NCBI GenBank assembly: GCA_001600815.1
Contig: BCKZ01000001.1
Span: forward strand, 1,273,389 to 1,337,388
Length of the DNA: 64,000 nt
Direction: 5' to 3'
Source: Alloascoidea hylecoeti
Lineage: Eukaryota
The notes under the pieces are model-generated. The model did not search any database and was not told where the DNA came from. It was given only the letters and a program-made list of their open reading frames with translations. Positions 37,569 to 49,746 of the stretch are shown here, in pieces. The position numbers were made by a program, and so were the translations under genes. Each line of letters opens with the position of its first letter. The first letter of the stretch is position 1.

Positions 37569-40500
37569 AATATAAGAGTTATCCTATTCTTAGGATTATT
37601 TGATCATGATAGATTATATGCTTTAATTTTTTGGTTTGTTTGTTTTGTTTTGTCTCTTAAATTTTATCATCATTGTCTTTAAATTTGTTTCTTTTATATA
37701 AATTTTATCATTGCTTTTTTCTTTTTCATATAAAATTTATCTTCATCGTTTTGTTTTTGAGCATTAAAGGATTCATTTAGTCAAATTAATTCTTTGGAAT
37801 TTTTATACAGGTTTTTTTAACCGAATAAATTATTTATTATCTAACTGTTTGAGTAGCCGACTTATTCACCGGACCAATTTTGTAGACGTGGAAGATTCAA
37901 AAAAGTGCACCACAATGCAGGAGTTATCTTAAACACGGTTTATAAGTAAAAAAAAAGAAAAAAAGATCTATGTTATTTGAGTCCTTTTCAAGCAATTGAG
38001 ATCAAGAATCAAGCTATCATTGTATGGATAATCTGACGGATACCGTGCCTCGTATAGAGAAGGCCGTTTATGACGATAATGACTAACACAACACCAGATA
38101 CTAAATTTAAATAACCATTTTATATAGTCTAACAGAATCTCTAGAACATTTAGGATCTTGTAGAATACTAAATTAATATGGCTGGTTAGTAGTTATGTGG
38201 CTATTTGTTTAAATTTGGAGTAAAAAGGCGCAACTTTAGACTTGACCCGGCGGCATAAAACCACAATCTATCGTAATCGATAACATCATCAATCAAATTT
38301 CAATTTAAATACATAAATACTATTTCCATTCGAACTCAACTGTCTGTACTGTTAACACTGAGGAGTATGTATTAAAAGTAATGTAAAGAGTATACGTAAC
38401 GTTACCTACAGTACTACCAGAATGAAAGCTGTCAAAATGAAAACTTCAGCAGGGCAGATTTCGATGCACCCGTGCTGTATTTTACTTGAGTCCGAGTTTA
38501 CTATTGTACCGGGTATCCTTCTATGCACTTCAAGCTTAAAATATTACCTAGTTACCAGTAGTCAATATAAAGACCCGCATATCCGGTACGGGTACTACCG
38601 GCCGGTTCCATGGTTTTCCTTTTTTGCAGTTTTAGTCGTGGGATATACCTCATAAATAAGATTTTTAGTCCCACGTATAATGAGAGACTTCGTCCTTTAA
38701 TTACCTCTGGTCTGGCATGTAAGGTTAAAAAAAAAAAAGGTTTAAGAAAGTAGTTTTAGTAGTTTTTTCAATTTTAGAAAACTACCAAACTTCGCATCGT
38801 TACGTTTAAAAGTATGTATTCTCCTTTTACGACCCGAAACATCTGAACACCTGTATGTGCTTGTTGTCACATGACCACATCCGTTTTCAAATAGGTAATT
38901 ATAAAGTGTATTAATAGCACATTCAGGCTGGATTATGTGTCTAATCTAATATAAAAGTATGGGCTTAGAAACCTAATCATCAAGTTTTAAACAGAGTCTC
39001 AGATTTTCATATAGTAATGAAGTCCAAATGGAACTTCCAAGAATGATTACCCCATGCTTATGTAATTAACAAAATATCCAAACAATTGCAACCATCGAGT
39101 GTGGCATAGTTGAGCTTTTCAAGAAATAATTCCCGAACGCATGTATAATTTGGAACCATATTCTTATAACTTTTATCTATATCTATGATGAGGAAATAAT
39201 AATAATGATACCGTATTCTTCCGATGTGCTTATGAATTGATTTTTGGATACATAGCTATAGCAATAATATTTATAAGGTTCGCACTGGGCACCTTACCTA
39301 CGGTTTGGTGCTATATACCGGTATAGCCTATAGCTAGCCAATATAGGCCTAGAGGATATATTTCTGGAACGGTATGCACTGTGCTGCGGTGCTTCTACTT
39401 AATTTGTTGTGATGGCCGAATATTATGACTATAAAGACCTTATAATAATGTATATGCACTTCAAATAGATATCGTATATTTCCCTGCAGCAACTATATTC
39501 ATAATTTCATATACTCTATTCATATAAGCAAACCTATAATTTAAATGCGTATATTTTGTAAGATAAGCGAATGAAAACGTTGGTCATAGCATTACATAAT
39601 GTCTTAACTAACTTGTTAATAGATATTCACGGAAACTACATATTTACTTAATAGGCACTTCAATAATTACTTAATAAAAAAAAATGAAATATATTTTATT
39701 AGACCATCTTAATAATTCAGTTTTAAGAAAATGTATTCTGAAGTTGTCAACCTGTCAAGCTGATAAGCATCTATCACTTAACAATTGAATGTTATAAAAT
39801 ACAGATTTATTTTTATACTATTTACTGTTCATGGCAAAGGGAAAACCTACTAAATAGTTCAAATAAATAGCACCATCTTCCCTTTTCAGTTAAAGGTAAT
39901 AAACACCTATCTGTCAAAATTATTAAACATTACAGAATCAAAAAGAATATCTTGTCTTTAATTGTTCAATTACATAACACTATTTTCTCATAAGGATCAG
40001 TTGAAGGGTGTTATATTCGATAATAAGTTCAAAGAGTCTTAATAACATATTTTATATATGTGTACTTCCTAGTCAGTAATTATAATTAGTTAGTTATCAG
40101 TATGGTTTTCCAGTCGAATCTAAGAGGGTTTTAGTTGCAAATGGTCACCTCGTTGATGCATCTTTAAGCACTATAGATATGTAGAAAATCCTTTTTACAA
40201 ATTAGTTTGAATGCTATAGAAAAGGTGTTACTATAGTGCTATTAATAAAGGATTAATTACAATTAACAATAAAATAGCACTTGCAAGCTTAAGCTATATA
40301 TATATGGCTAACATTGGCTATGTCTATATAGCTATATTATAAAACCGTTTCTGTCTCCATTTAACTGATTATTATTATTAAAATTATTATTTTTTTAACT
40401 TGAATTATATTGGGTCTCAAATTTTGATCGATATCTATTCTAGAATTTCTAGTTAAGATCGGCTTGTGTCATTTTCAACTCCTGAGATTGGCTGTATGAT

Positions 40501-41599
40501 ATTAACCATTAATCATTCCAAGACTACAAACTTTGAAGATTACTTATATTTAATTTAAGCATTATATAAAATTTAGCTGAGTATATATATATATATAATT
40601 AACGGGGGTTATAATTATAATAGATCGATAATATACATATGCAGATATTGAGGCTAACACCTTTTTTACCCTCAATATTAGTCTAGTCACGGCTCGGGTG
40701 TAACACGTGCGAGTTCACGTGATTCATGAATGCAATTGGACGTATGCAATTATAATTTATAATGCATGTGATCTGAATATTGAAATTATTATTAATTGAT
40801 AATCTCGGATTCGGAGCGGAAAACCAATTAAATAATAATTACGTGACTGAATTACTTGGATTATTTATCTGGGATTACTAGAGTACTATTGGTTGCGTCT
40901 AGCTAGCACTAATGTTATAGGTATATTTTCAATATTTTAGAAGTTCTGGTATGAACAGACTCGAAGCCAAAATGTTACATTCCTGAATACTGAGACATTC
41001 AGAATTCGGCAGACCTGTAGATATAAATTACCATTACCATTAATTAATATTGGTATGGAAATATTGTATTACAGTACATCATATGAACTTATTATGGAGA
41101 AAAAGAAGGAAAAAGGGATGGTTCTGGTTATATATAATTATTTCAAATTAACATAGGAGTAACAAACCAATTCGCATTGTTACTACGTATCTCGGAGCCA
41201 CCGTACGTATTGTATAGTAGAAGATAGCAATTAATTAATAATAATAAGTAAATAAAAGAAGACCTATAATAACTTGCGATTGCAATTGGCCAACTCGAGG
41301 TCTGAAAAACAGCCGAAAAGGAGATATTTCTGGGCAATTTCTGGAGAAGAGGAATCATAAATGATGATTGCAGAGGGAGACGTAAATATATATGAAGGCG
41401 GCGGACAGGATATTTTTACTTAAGAACCCATATTCCTCGGTTTCCGACAGGCAGCCGAACCATATTCTCTCTTTTCCCCATTTTATATTTGTTTTCTTTT
41501 CGATTTTGGTGTGTTTTTTTAGCTTGCTTTTTGGCACTAGCACTAGTTCCACTCTTTTATACCATTGATTGACCACGAAAAAGAAGACAACCGAATACA

Positions 41600-43468
41600 A
41601 TGCAGCCTCTGAAGTTGACAATCCCACCTCCTCCGGATATCACCCATTTCAAGAAGAATGAAGACTTTTCGGGGACTCAGTCTCCTCTGGATGAAGTCAG
41701 CTTCAACTTTGAAAGATCTCGTACTAGCAGTGCAGCCAATGAAAATTTCCTGCCGAGTTACTTCAACCAGCCCGAACAATCTCACCAAACCTCCTCCAAC
41801 CCTGACATGTCGTCTCCAACTGGCTCCGTCCACACAATCACAGAGAAACACCCAGGACACCCCTCCGCCCTTGACGAATCCCATAGCACGGCCACCGTAC
41901 CGCAGGTCCAGATCTCAAGTGGACCTCCAGAGGACAGAGACGGGTTTGATTTTAACCCCTCGAGAGATGACACTCCCGCACACGTTTCAAGACACCACAG
42001 TGTGTCCTCCTCCATCTTCTCAGTCTCCACAGAAAGTGATGAACCGCTTCTAAATCGACTTGAGTTTGACGAGAGCTTCCAAGCAATCCTGAACGACCCT
42101 AAAAATGCCTACATGCTCTATGGTCCTAATGTTCAGGCAAATAACCACCTAATGCCCAGGAATTTCGGTCCCAGACTTTCTGGTAATAGACCTAAGCAGG
42201 AAAATAAGTTCCAGGTCGTTGGTGGTCTAAAGAAGACAAGAAACATCACAGCCCCAGCTGCCATTCCTCAAGGAGCTCCTCAAGGTATTACTCAACAACG
42301 TGGAGGTCCATATCAGTCCCCTTCTGGCTACAGAGGTTCTTCTTCTTCTTCTTCTTCTTCTTCATATTATGGTCCCCATTCTGCTACAAGTCGACCCACA
42401 TCGGCTGTTGGAAATAATAACGATAATAACAATGTTCCTGCTTCCCAATTTCATTATAGAAATCAACAGCAGATACGACCTCCTACTTTGAAAAGACTGT
42501 CTAAATCTTCTGATGCTTCCATATTACAGCAGAATCACCAAGAAATGGCACCTCCTCTACGGCCATCTCCTAGTAGCTCAACAATGTTTCAGCTTGATAA
42601 TGTTAAATCTGTTGTTAGCAATAAACCAATCATTTCTACCGAATCAGCACATGTTAACCACACCTCGTGTTATATCGATATGGCAAGTCTGGCTAATGCT
42701 CTGGATGATGCCGTTGAGGAAGAACCCAACCCTACAATCCAAAGATCCAATACAGACCCAGAGCAAATGTCTACACGTTCTTCGATATATGATGGAAATG
42801 CCCCAACTCCAATGACTGGTGTAGTTGGCTACGATAGAGTTGCTCGAGCTATTGAACTACAAGAACAAGAAAATTACAGAGAAGCGACGTATGAGTTACA
42901 AATGGCTTCATTAGCTGGAGATAAAGTAGCTATGTTACTATATGGTTTGGCGTTACGGAATGGGTGGGGTATTAGAAAAAATGAAGCACAAGCAATTAAA
43001 TGGTTTGAAAAAGCAGCTGATATTGATATCGATAAATTAGAAGAAGAAGAAAATGATACTAAAAAAAGTAAAAAAAATAAAGAAAATAAAGAGAAAAAAG
43101 GAAAATTTAATTCAATTGATCCATTATATTTAGAAAAGAAAAATTTAATTCCAAATAAATCTCCAAATCCACAATTATCAACTGCTTTATATGAAATTGG
43201 TATGTCTTTTTGTAATCCAAGAACAAATGCTGAAAGTAAAGAAGAAAAAGTTAAAAATGAAAGAATGGCAATTAAATGTTTAGAAATGGCTGCTTCTATG
43301 GGTGATGGTGATGCTATGCAACAAGCTGGTGTTATTTGGATGACGAAATCTTATAAAAGAAAAAAGAATATGATGAGATCTGCTGCTTGGTTTAGATTAT
43401 CTGATAAGAAAGGTATAAGTATGGTCGGAAATAGCTGGGTCTATAAAGACAAGTATGCAAATAAATGA
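41600..43468 (+). CDS. DSF2: Sel1-like repeat protein of the Dsf2/Nif1 family, 622 aa
   Basis: Disordered N-terminus. C-terminal SLR repeats AMLLYGLALRNGWGIRKNEAQAIKWFEKAA, ALYEIGMSF, EMAASMGDGDAM, SAAWFRLS..G..MVGNSWVYKDKY. Syntenic with COQ1/RER2. Confidence 0.82.
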   Translation: MQPLKLTIPPPPDITHFKKNEDFSGTQSPLDEVSFNFERSRTSSAANENFLPSYFNQPEQSHQTSSNPDMSSPTGSVHTITEKHPGHPSALDESHSTATVPQVQISSGPPEDRDGFDFNPSRDDTPAHVSRHHSVSSSIFSVSTESDEPLLNRLEFDESFQAILNDPKNAYMLYGPNVQANNHLMPRNFGPRLSGNRPKQENKFQVVGGLKKTRNITAPAAIPQGAPQGITQQRGGPYQSPSGYRGSSSSSSSSSYYGPHSATSRPTSAVGNNNDNNNVPASQFHYRNQQQIRPPTLKRLSKSSDASILQQNHQEMAPPLRPSPSSSTMFQLDNVKSVVSNKPIISTESAHVNHTSCYIDMASLANALDDAVEEEPNPTIQRSNTDPEQMSTRSSIYDGNAPTPMTGVVGYDRVARAIELQEQENYREATYELQMASLAGDKVAMLLYGLALRNGWGIRKNEAQAIKWFEKAADIDIDKLEEEENDTKKSKKNKENKEKKGKFNSIDPLYLEKKNLIPNKSPNPQLSTALYEIGMSFCNPRTNAESKEEKVKNERMAIKCLEMAASMGDGDAMQQAGVIWMTKSYKRKKNMMRSAAWFRLSDKKGISMVGNSWVYKDKYANK

Positions 43469-44124
43469 TCATTAATTTAGAATATAAATGTTCAATGGAA
43501 CTGTTAAGAGTTGAAAGTTATCTAAATGGAAATTTTGACGTTTTTAAATTTTTTTTTTACTTTTTCTTTGTTTTATTGTTTTGTTTTATCTATCTATCCA
43601 TTTATTTTATTTTATTTTCTGTTGTGTTATTATTCTTATTAAAAACTTGTTTTTTAACAATTGCTTTTCATATTTATTTAAGTAGTTTATGTCGGCTACC
43701 ATTGAACTTAGGATAAAATTTGTTCTGTGAACAGTTTGATTGAAAAGACTAAGTATATATAGTACCAAATCTCAAAAGATATATTTATCCTTATAATTAT
43801 AACTAAAATCAGATGCTCATGATCTATTATTAATAGGGTACCTCTATTGATACTGGCGTAGTACTCCGGATCCAGTTATATGGTACACCTCTAAATTTCG
43901 TACAGATTAAAGCTAACTTTTGTCATAATTGTTAACGTTCATACATTTTTTACTATGGCTCGAGCTCTATTGAATATCAAAATGTAGATTAAATTATGTT
44001 AAATAAAGAAAATTTTATAGAAAAAAAAAGTCAGTATGTTAAATCGATATCATTAGATAAATGAATAAATAATATACAAGTAACTATATTTATATGAGTT
44101 TATGTCTATATAAAGTCATTAGAA

Positions 44125-45795
44125 TTAATTATCAAGAACTTCAATTGAGATCTGACTAGCATTATCATGATGTTCATTATGTTTTTGTCTTTTAAGCCTT
44201 TCTTTTCTTTCTTTGGCCATTTGTAAAGATAATTTGATATTAAATCCATCTGTTAATAATAATTGTGTTTCCTCTAATTCAAGATTAGATAATTCAGGAT
44301 ATAAGAAAAAGATAAAAAAGAAACTAACAGCACAAATTGCTGCAAATAATGCAAATGTTCCTGTAGGCGTTATATTTTCCAACATTGTCAAGAAAGTGGA
44401 TGAGATTACCAATGATCCAGACCAGTTTGTTGCAGTTGCATATGATACACCAAGACCACGAACAGACATTGGGAATAATTCAGATTGTTGCCATGGAACA
44501 TTACCAATACCAGCAGCATAAAAAGCAATATAAAGCATCATTCCGACTAAGATAACAATACCCCATCCTGAAATACCTGATCCTGAACTTACTAGTTCAT
44601 CACCATTAAAATTAAAAGGCACGAAATGGAAAGCAATAGCATTTAAAACTAGTGCGGCACACATTCCTGGAATTGTGACAAGTAATATTCGACGTCTACC
44701 AACAATATCTATAATGAAAAATGCCAAAATTGTAAAAACAAAATTTGTACCAGCAACAATAATTGATACTGCAGTTGCGTTATTAAACCCAACGCTTTCA
44801 AAAATTGTCGAGGAAAAATACATGAGCGAGTTGAAACCAGTAAATTGTTGGATACCTTGCATACCTGTTGCTAAAACTAAAGCTCTGAAATTAGCACCAT
44901 GATGTATCTTTTTGATTTTCAGTAGCAAAAGTTTCAAATGTGGTGTATCGTCTGGGAATCCTGATTTGGTGGAATCGATCAGTTCATCAATCTTAGCTTT
45001 CACCATTTCCGGTGTAGTTCCACGATGCGTTTTTAATATCACATTCTCAGCTTCCTCTAAAAATCCTTTTTGAACTAAATATCTTGGTGTATCTGGTAAA
45101 AAGAAGAAAACGATCATCTGAATAAAAGGTGGTATGATTGAAATGCCAACAAGTATTCTCCAACCATTGTTTACATGATTTAAACCGGCACCAATACCAT
45201 AGGCAATGAGCTGCCCACCAGTAATAGAAAGACAGTTAATAATGACTAATCTACCTCTGAAAGAAGAAGGCGACATCTCCGAAATATACAGAGGTGCTGT
45301 TAGCGATCCGATACCCACACCCCAACCCATTACGAACCTACCACCAATCATTTGCCAAACAGAATGAGAACCTGTTTGTAAACCAGAACCCAGGATAAAA
45401 AGAATATTTGAGCCAAAAATAGTCCATTTTCTTCCAAATGTATCAGCTAAACTTCCTGCTATAATAGACCCAAGTATGGCACCTAACGACGTGGCAGACG
45501 TTATGAATTCCTTATTACCAGTTGTGAGTGTTTTATTACTGAGATCTGTTCCTATCGAGACCAAAGCCGAGGAAATATATCCAGTGTCATAACCAAACAT
45601 GAAACCGGAGACAGAAGCCATAAAAACAACTACTAGTAATAACGGTGCAGGCTTAGTTCGTTGTATTCCAATCAGTATGGAAGAATCATCACCTGTATTA
45701 TTCTTCAAAGTGTCGGGAGTCTCGCCACTTGAAGCAGCGACAAATTGCATTTGAAGCCCCTTCTCGGGATCGGGCTTCTCCATGGACGTTACCAT
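44125..45795 (-). CDS. ITR2: MFS sugar-porter family myo-inositol transporter (Itr1/Itr2-like)
   Basis: ASVSGFMFGYDTGYISSALVSIG, ADTFGRK, PLYISEMSP, LPDTPRY, QQFTGFNSLMYFS, VPWQQSELFP, YPELS. Confidence 0.88.
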   Translation of the reverse strand: MVTSMEKPDPEKGLQMQFVAASSGETPDTLKNNTGDDSSILIGIQRTKPAPLLLVVVFMASVSGFMFGYDTGYISSALVSIGTDLSNKTLTTGNKEFITSATSLGAILGSIIAGSLADTFGRKWTIFGSNILFILGSGLQTGSHSVWQMIGGRFVMGWGVGIGSLTAPLYISEMSPSSFRGRLVIINCLSITGGQLIAYGIGAGLNHVNNGWRILVGISIIPPFIQMIVFFFLPDTPRYLVQKGFLEEAENVILKTHRGTTPEMVKAKIDELIDSTKSGFPDDTPHLKLLLLKIKKIHHGANFRALVLATGMQGIQQFTGFNSLMYFSSTIFESVGFNNATAVSIIVAGTNFVFTILAFFIIDIVGRRRILLVTIPGMCAALVLNAIAFHFVPFNFNGDELVSSGSGISGWGIVILVGMMLYIAFYAAGIGNVPWQQSELFPMSVRGLGVSYATATNWSGSLVISSTFLTMLENITPTGTFALFAAICAVSFFFIFFLYPELSNLELEETQLLLTDGFNIKLSLQMAKERKERLKRQKHNEHHDNASQISIEVLDN

Positions 45796-46218
45796 TTTCC
45801 AATAAAGATGTGAAAAAATCGAGATCTGAAGATAAAGATGAAAAAAAAAATGATCCGCAAGACTCTCTGCTTTTATATTAGGAAAAAAAGACGCATGCCA
45901 GCATGATTGGCTGGATTCTACTGGCGGAAGCGTGTCCGAACTGTAAGGTTGCAGGGGACTTAGGCTTTAGCTACATTCTTCTCAAAAAGTGTAAGAAGTC
46001 TACTTCATGAAAAAAAATGGGGGAGATAAAGATTTAGAAGATGGATATATGGATTTGGAGATACGAAGATGCGAGAGTACATTTTAAGAGGGGCTGACAA
46101 TTTATTTCTACTTACTTCCAGCCGTTTTACCCTTCCTGGAATTTATTCCGGCCTTTCGGCGGATTATTTCTGGCTCTTTCCCCTTTTTGTTCTTGTGAAC
46201 TCTATTTTATCCGGGAGG

Positions 46219-46226
46219 TTACCCGG
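46219..46226 (+). promoter_or_regulatory. Reb1-type site TTACCCGG in the ITR upstream region
   Basis: Exact consensus between the COQ1 3' end and the ITR start. Confidence 0.4.
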
Positions 46227-46354
46227 CGTTCACGATGCATGTCATCTGTTTAAACATTTTATATACAAAGAAAGCTAAACAGGCTACTAAATTAACTTAA
46301 TTATCTTATGTTGTACATTTATCTCAAAAACTTTTATATGTTCCCGCTTAGTTT

Positions 46355-47836
46355 TTACTTACTTCTGCTGAGAACACTTCGAGTTAAATACTCCAATGAA
46401 TTTCTTGCCTCTGATGGTGGAAGAACGTAGAGATTTTTTAATGCTTCACTACAGAACTTTTCAGCCATTTCCCTTGTTTGAGATAATCCATCTGCTAGTG
46501 TAACATATTTTCGCGCAGCTTCAACATCACCTGGGTGATCAAACTTTCTTTTAATCATAGCTCCAACTTCTGGGAACTTTTTCCATGCAAACAAAACTGG
46601 TGCAGTTGCTAGTCCTAATTTGAGATCTGCTCCTGCTGGTTTACCCAATTGTTCTTCATTTACCGTATAATCTAACATATCATCGACAACTTGGAAACAT
46701 AGTCCCAAGTTACGACCAAATTCGTATGAAGCATCAACAACATTTTCTCTAGATCCTGATAAAACTGCTGCCGCACGACACGATTTAGACATTAAGCTAG
46801 CTGTTTTTAAATATGTCTTGTGAATATAATATTCAAAAGCAGCTGCAACATTCTCATCATGATTCATAACAAGTTTAGGAACTGCTTTAGCGGCTACCAT
46901 TTCCTCTTTTGAAACCGTAACAACAGTCGAGGCCTTAACATCTATAGCATCTGTGACCATAGTAGGACCACCTTGTTCACCTCCAACAACAGTATTTTTC
47001 AATTGCATGAATTCACCTTCAACTAAGTTAGCAATAGTCGTTGATAATAACTCTATAACTTCCGGATTTCTAATTCTTGCAATGGCAACAGATGCTCTAC
47101 CAAGTAAAAAATCGCCCGCTAAAACTGCCATTTTATTTGTGAATGCGACATTCCCAGTTGGTCTACCTCGTCGAGTATCACTATGATCGATAACATCATC
47201 ATGTAATAAGGAAGCTGTATGTATCATCTCTACAATTTCAGCTAATCTTCTCTGTTTAGGCAAGATTCCATTTTTCAAATCTTCTTCTGGTAAAGGATCG
47301 GAGGGACGACTTAGGGGGTTAAGAATTGCACCTGGGTTAATTCCATGTAAGATTCTCAACGGTGAAATGCTCGCATTGACACTAGGCCCTGGTAAGAATG
47401 ATTTCCCTTCATCAATTACATCATTTTCGTCTCTAGAACCTCTATCCCGTTCTTCTATTGGGACTGCTGATAATGCTTTACTTATTAGTAGAACAATTAA
47501 TGGTCTTACTTTCTTTCCTTCACTTTCAAAATAATATTTTCCAACTCTATTCAACGTTGGATGTCCAGAACCAATGAGACTAGCAATATTTCTTGCTAAT
47601 GTTTGCATCTCATGTGATACCATTGAAAACGGGTCATTTAATGGTGTAGTGGGTTGTACCAATGATTCTCCTTCTGAAATTGCCCTAGCAAAAGATGAAT
47701 TTTGGCGAACATGCCTAGAGATAAAAAGTGGGTTTCCATAATACCCATGAGCTTGTATACGGGACCCACATGCTTGAAATAAACTTCGTTGGAATTTATT
47801 TCCAGAAATCAAACTTCTTGTCACAGGTGATGACAT
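46355..47836 (-). CDS. COQ1: trans-polyprenyl diphosphate synthase for ubiquinone, mitochondrial
   Basis: GKKVRP, first Asp-rich motif EMIHTASLLHDDVID..RRG, KTASL, second motif FQVVDDMLDY, GKPAGADLKLGLATAP. Confidence 0.96.
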   Translation of the reverse strand: MSSPVTRSLISGNKFQRSLFQACGSRIQAHGYYGNPLFISRHVRQNSSFARAISEGESLVQPTTPLNDPFSMVSHEMQTLARNIASLIGSGHPTLNRVGKYYFESEGKKVRPLIVLLISKALSAVPIEERDRGSRDENDVIDEGKSFLPGPSVNASISPLRILHGINPGAILNPLSRPSDPLPEEDLKNGILPKQRRLAEIVEMIHTASLLHDDVIDHSDTRRGRPTGNVAFTNKMAVLAGDFLLGRASVAIARIRNPEVIELLSTTIANLVEGEFMQLKNTVVGGEQGGPTMVTDAIDVKASTVVTVSKEEMVAAKAVPKLVMNHDENVAAAFEYYIHKTYLKTASLMSKSCRAAAVLSGSRENVVDASYEFGRNLGLCFQVVDDMLDYTVNEEQLGKPAGADLKLGLATAPVLFAWKKFPEVGAMIKRKFDHPGDVEAARKYVTLADGLSQTREMAEKFCSEALKNLYVLPPSEARNSLEYLTRSVLSRSK

Positions 47837-48281
47837 GATCGTATGTTAATTGAGTTGAATAATTTAAAATAATAGTTATTATTGGACCGAAACAACACAG
47901 CCACTAAACGGAGATCTAGGCAAGAAAGATACCAAAGGTTATACAAGAAAATTTTCGGGGAAAATGAAAGTAAAAGTAAGAATAATTATAGCTTTTTTAA
48001 GTACTAGCTTGTTGTATATCCAATGAATGAAATTTGAAAAAAGTACCAGTATTATTTTATTAATATTGTGATTCCAGCAGTTTTTTCTAAATCTATATGA
48101 GTACCAAATTTTTTGCTCGCACCAGCGTATTCTGCAAAGAATTGAAATAGAAAAAACGTTTAATTGATACCCTTGAAAGATATTCCTTTGATATATATAA
48201 GAGTCCGTTAAATAACAGGAAATATCTACAATGATGAAAAAGCTGTGCTAGCTGATGTTGTGCTAATTTGACTTCCACTGA

Positions 48282-48289
48282 TTACCCGG
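48282..48289 (+). promoter_or_regulatory. Reb1-type site TTACCCGG in the divergent COQ1/RER2 promoter
   Basis: Exact consensus about 135 bp upstream of the RER2 ATG. Confidence 0.45.
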
Positions 48290-48421
48290 ACTCCAAGAGT
48301 TTCCGTATACAAACATCCATACATCTGTCGAGGACAAAATAAAGAAAAAAGATATTATAAAATCGACAAGTAAAGTTGAAATACTTCTGCAAGAAACAAC
48401 AATAATACTTTAAGTGAAAAT

Positions 48422-49561
48422 ATGTCCCAAACAACGGCTGGAACTTGGATGGGCAGGATACCCGGCTATGAGCTAATTAAAAACTTTTCTGAAGATTTTT
48501 TCTCTAAAATTTATCAGACTGGTCCCATACCGAAACATGTGGCTTTTGTGATGGATGGTAATCGTCGATTTGCAAAGAAAAAACATATAGAAATAAAAGA
48601 AGGTCATAATTCAGGATTCTATAGCATGGCGAGGGTATGATTTTTTATTTAAAAAATTTAAATGAAATGAAAAGAAAAGAGACACAAAAGTATCTTTTTA
48701 AAAATTGTTATTCGAAGGTACTAATTATGCAATAGGTACTAGAACTATGCTATAAGGCTGGAGTAGAAGAGGCTACAGTTTTTGCTTTCTCGATAGAGAA
48801 TTTCAACCGTTCTAAAGATGAAATAGACTGGATTATGGACCTCGCTAAACAAAAATTTATACAAATATGTCAAAATGGGTATGCTTTGTATGTTCATGCA
48901 TCATCATAAGACCAACTAACAAAGTTATTTTATTTTAACAGTGAATTAGCTGAAAAATATGGAATATCTATTCGAATATTAGGTGATACATCAAGATTAC
49001 CACAAGATGTATTGGAATCATTAAACGATGCTGTGGAACTTACTAAAGACAATAAGAGGTATGTTGGTTGCAGAATGATTGTTATACTATAGTTGATATT
49101 AACATCTTAAAAGTGCCATTCTTAATGTATGTTTTCCTTATACATCCCGAGACGATATCACCACTGGTATAAAGAGTATTATTTCTCTTGCTGCCTCACA
49201 TAAAATTGACACAAAGTCAATTACAGAAGAAACTTTGGAACAACATATGTACTTTAAAAACTCACCCCCTCTAGACATATTAGTGCGAACATCAGGAATG
49301 ACTCGATTAAGTGACTTCATGCTATGGCAATGTCATGAATCGAATTGCATGATAGAATTTATAGATATCCTGTGGCCAGACTTGGGAATTGTAAGAATGA
49401 TGTGGATTCTTTTAAAGTGGAGTTATAGAACAGTTTCTTCCAGAGATGAGTAAGATTATTATTTTTTACACGTCAAATTAGACTACATTCTAACTTTTTA
49501 TTTTAATTCTAGCCCGTTCAAAGATGTCGACCCCGAATTAGAAGAAAAAAAGACTAAATGA
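48422..49561 (+). CDS. RER2: cis-prenyltransferase (dehydrodolichyl diphosphate synthase), about 285 aa; exons 48422-48634, 48736-48878, 48942-49058, 49114-49449, 49513-49561
   Basis: PKHVAFVMDGNRRFA, VFAFSIENFNRS, ILNVCFPYTSR, DILVRTSGMTRLSDFMLWQ, LWPD. The spliced C-terminus ELEEKKTK is a KKXX ER-retrieval signal, as in Rer2. Total 858 nt in frame. Confidence 0.93.
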
Positions 49562-49746
49562 AAATTAAATTGTTAAAAAACCGCATTTTTTTCCATAATT
49601 TTATTTAAACATAATATTGTATTATATCCTTATGGGATTCATACTCTTAACTCACATTATACGCATATAGTTAAAGGAGAATATATAACAGTCATTGACA
49701 TTTTCCAAATTTCTCCGTGAAATAGTGTAAACTACAACTAACTAGA

